Shown here piece after piece: positions 63,159 through 64,000 of a stretch of DNA of 64,000 bases (positions are counted from its first letter, which is position 1; each line of letters begins with the position of its first letter). The DNA is taken from NCBI GenBank assembly GCA_963815455.1, contig CAWFGO010000003.1:544001-608000 (forward strand). Reading direction: 5' to 3'. The notes beneath the pieces are model-generated. The model searched no databases, was not told the origin of the DNA, and worked only from the letters and a program-made list of their open reading frames with translations. The stretch is from an uncultured Verrucomicrobiae bacterium (GTDB taxonomy: Bacteria > Verrucomicrobiota > Verrucomicrobiia > Chthoniobacterales > UBA10450). Made by a program: the position numbers and the translations under genes.

Positions 63159-63848
63159 ATGCGCCACGCGTGCATCATTTGCTTCACGGCCTTGGCAACA
63201 TTGGTGCATGCCGAAGACATCAAGCTGCTTAACGGCACGCTTCTCAAGGACGCCAAGATCACGAGCTATGACGCGATCGGCGTCACGATCACTCACTCGG
63301 CGGGCATTGCTCGTGTTCCATTCGATGAGCTTCCCGCCGAACTGCGTCAGAAATTCACCTACGACCCAGAGAAGGCACACGCGCAAGCAGACGCAGAAGC
63401 GCGCGCTATTGCGCAGCGCGCGCAGGAACAACAGTCACTGCAAAACAACGCGGCGCACGAAGCAGCAGAGGCGCAATTAGCGCAGGAGTTGGATAAGGTC
63501 GCTGTGACCATCACAGGCAAAGTTCTGTCAGTTGCACCCGACGGCCTTCTACTTAGTCATGTTTCGGTCAAGGTTCCAGCGCTGAAAGATGTTGTAGTTT
63601 GGCGCAACCCACTGGATGGCTCCCCACGCTACGCGCGGGTTCCCGGCTTCGACACAATTCGCCCGGATGAGCCGATCTTTATTTATGGCGCTCACGGTTT
63701 GGTCGATGGAGACATTTATTCCGCAGTCGTTTACCCAGCGCCGCACTACTCATACGCTGCAGCGTCAGGCGCAGCGAAGACGGTTCGGGCGTTTGCGGCG
63801 TCAAAACAACTTTGCAGGGAACTGCTTCAGAATGAAGATGCCAAATAG
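63159..63848 (+). CDS. Gene cassette: exported hypothetical protein
   Basis: ATG 2 nt after the GTTAGAC core; signal peptide; stop abuts attC. Confidence 0.75.
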   Translation: MRHACIICFTALATLVHAEDIKLLNGTLLKDAKITSYDAIGVTITHSAGIARVPFDELPAELRQKFTYDPEKAHAQADAEARAIAQRAQEQQSLQNNAAHEAAEAQLAQELDKVAVTITGKVLSVAPDGLLLSHVSVKVPALKDVVVWRNPLDGSPRYARVPGFDTIRPDEPIFIYGAHGLVDGDIYSAVVYPAPHYSYAAASGAAKTVRAFAASKQLCRELLQNEDAK

Positions 63849-63944
63849 GTCTAACCAGACGATGAAGCCAATTTGCCCCCTGCAAGAAAACCTCAGTGAT
63901 TTTGCCACGGCGCCCTCGCCTGGCTTATCTTTTTCTCGTTAGAT
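63849..63944 (+). mobile_element. attC site (96 bp)
   Basis: R'' GTCTAAC-CAGACGATGAAGCCA ... TGGCTTATCTTTTTCTC-GTTAGAT R'. Confidence 0.85.
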
Positions 63945-64000
63945 GTTTAGGCGCAGCCTCAGACTTTTGTTCGCTATTGGGCTCCTCGTCGTCGGCCCAT
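63943..64000 (+). CDS. Start of next cassette gene (runs off window)
   Basis: ATG overlaps R'; MFRRSLRLLFAIGLLVVGP is signal-like. Confidence 0.5.
   Translation, partial: MFRRSLRLLFAIGLLVVGP

Overview
A GC-rich bacterial chromosomal window, most likely Verrucomicrobiota/Chthoniobacterales. This is inferred from a TGTTC-N4-GAACA LexA box, the rpoZ-smpB arrangement and the repeat style. Most of it is housekeeping: rpoZ, smpB, ruvA, lpxK, mnmA, acs, tatA, can, cutA, Ku, a stand-alone LigD polymerase, egtB/egtD with an ABC transporter, and tRNA-Pro(CGG) and tRNA-Ser(TGA). Four accessory layers stand out. (1) The end of an Rhs toxin/immunity array (1-3244). (2) Two integron-type gene-cassette arrays with attC sites but no integrase in the window (35.9-37.9 kb, and 63.1 kb to the end); both begin with a related ~60-70 bp leader that may be a solo attI-like docking site. 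(3) A ~323 bp unit holding only a GIY-YIG nuclease gene, bounded by tRNA-Pro and a 31 bp copy of its 3' end. (4) Several families of REP-like palindromes and short tandem repeats, some lying inside reading frames (mnmA, an ATP-grasp-like gene, egtB, an ArnT-like gene) or supplying gene starts and ends. Many frameshifts (densest at 12.8-18 kb and 29 kb) look like assembly indel errors, so boundaries of those genes are approximate. All product calls come from motif recognition by eye; no database search was run.
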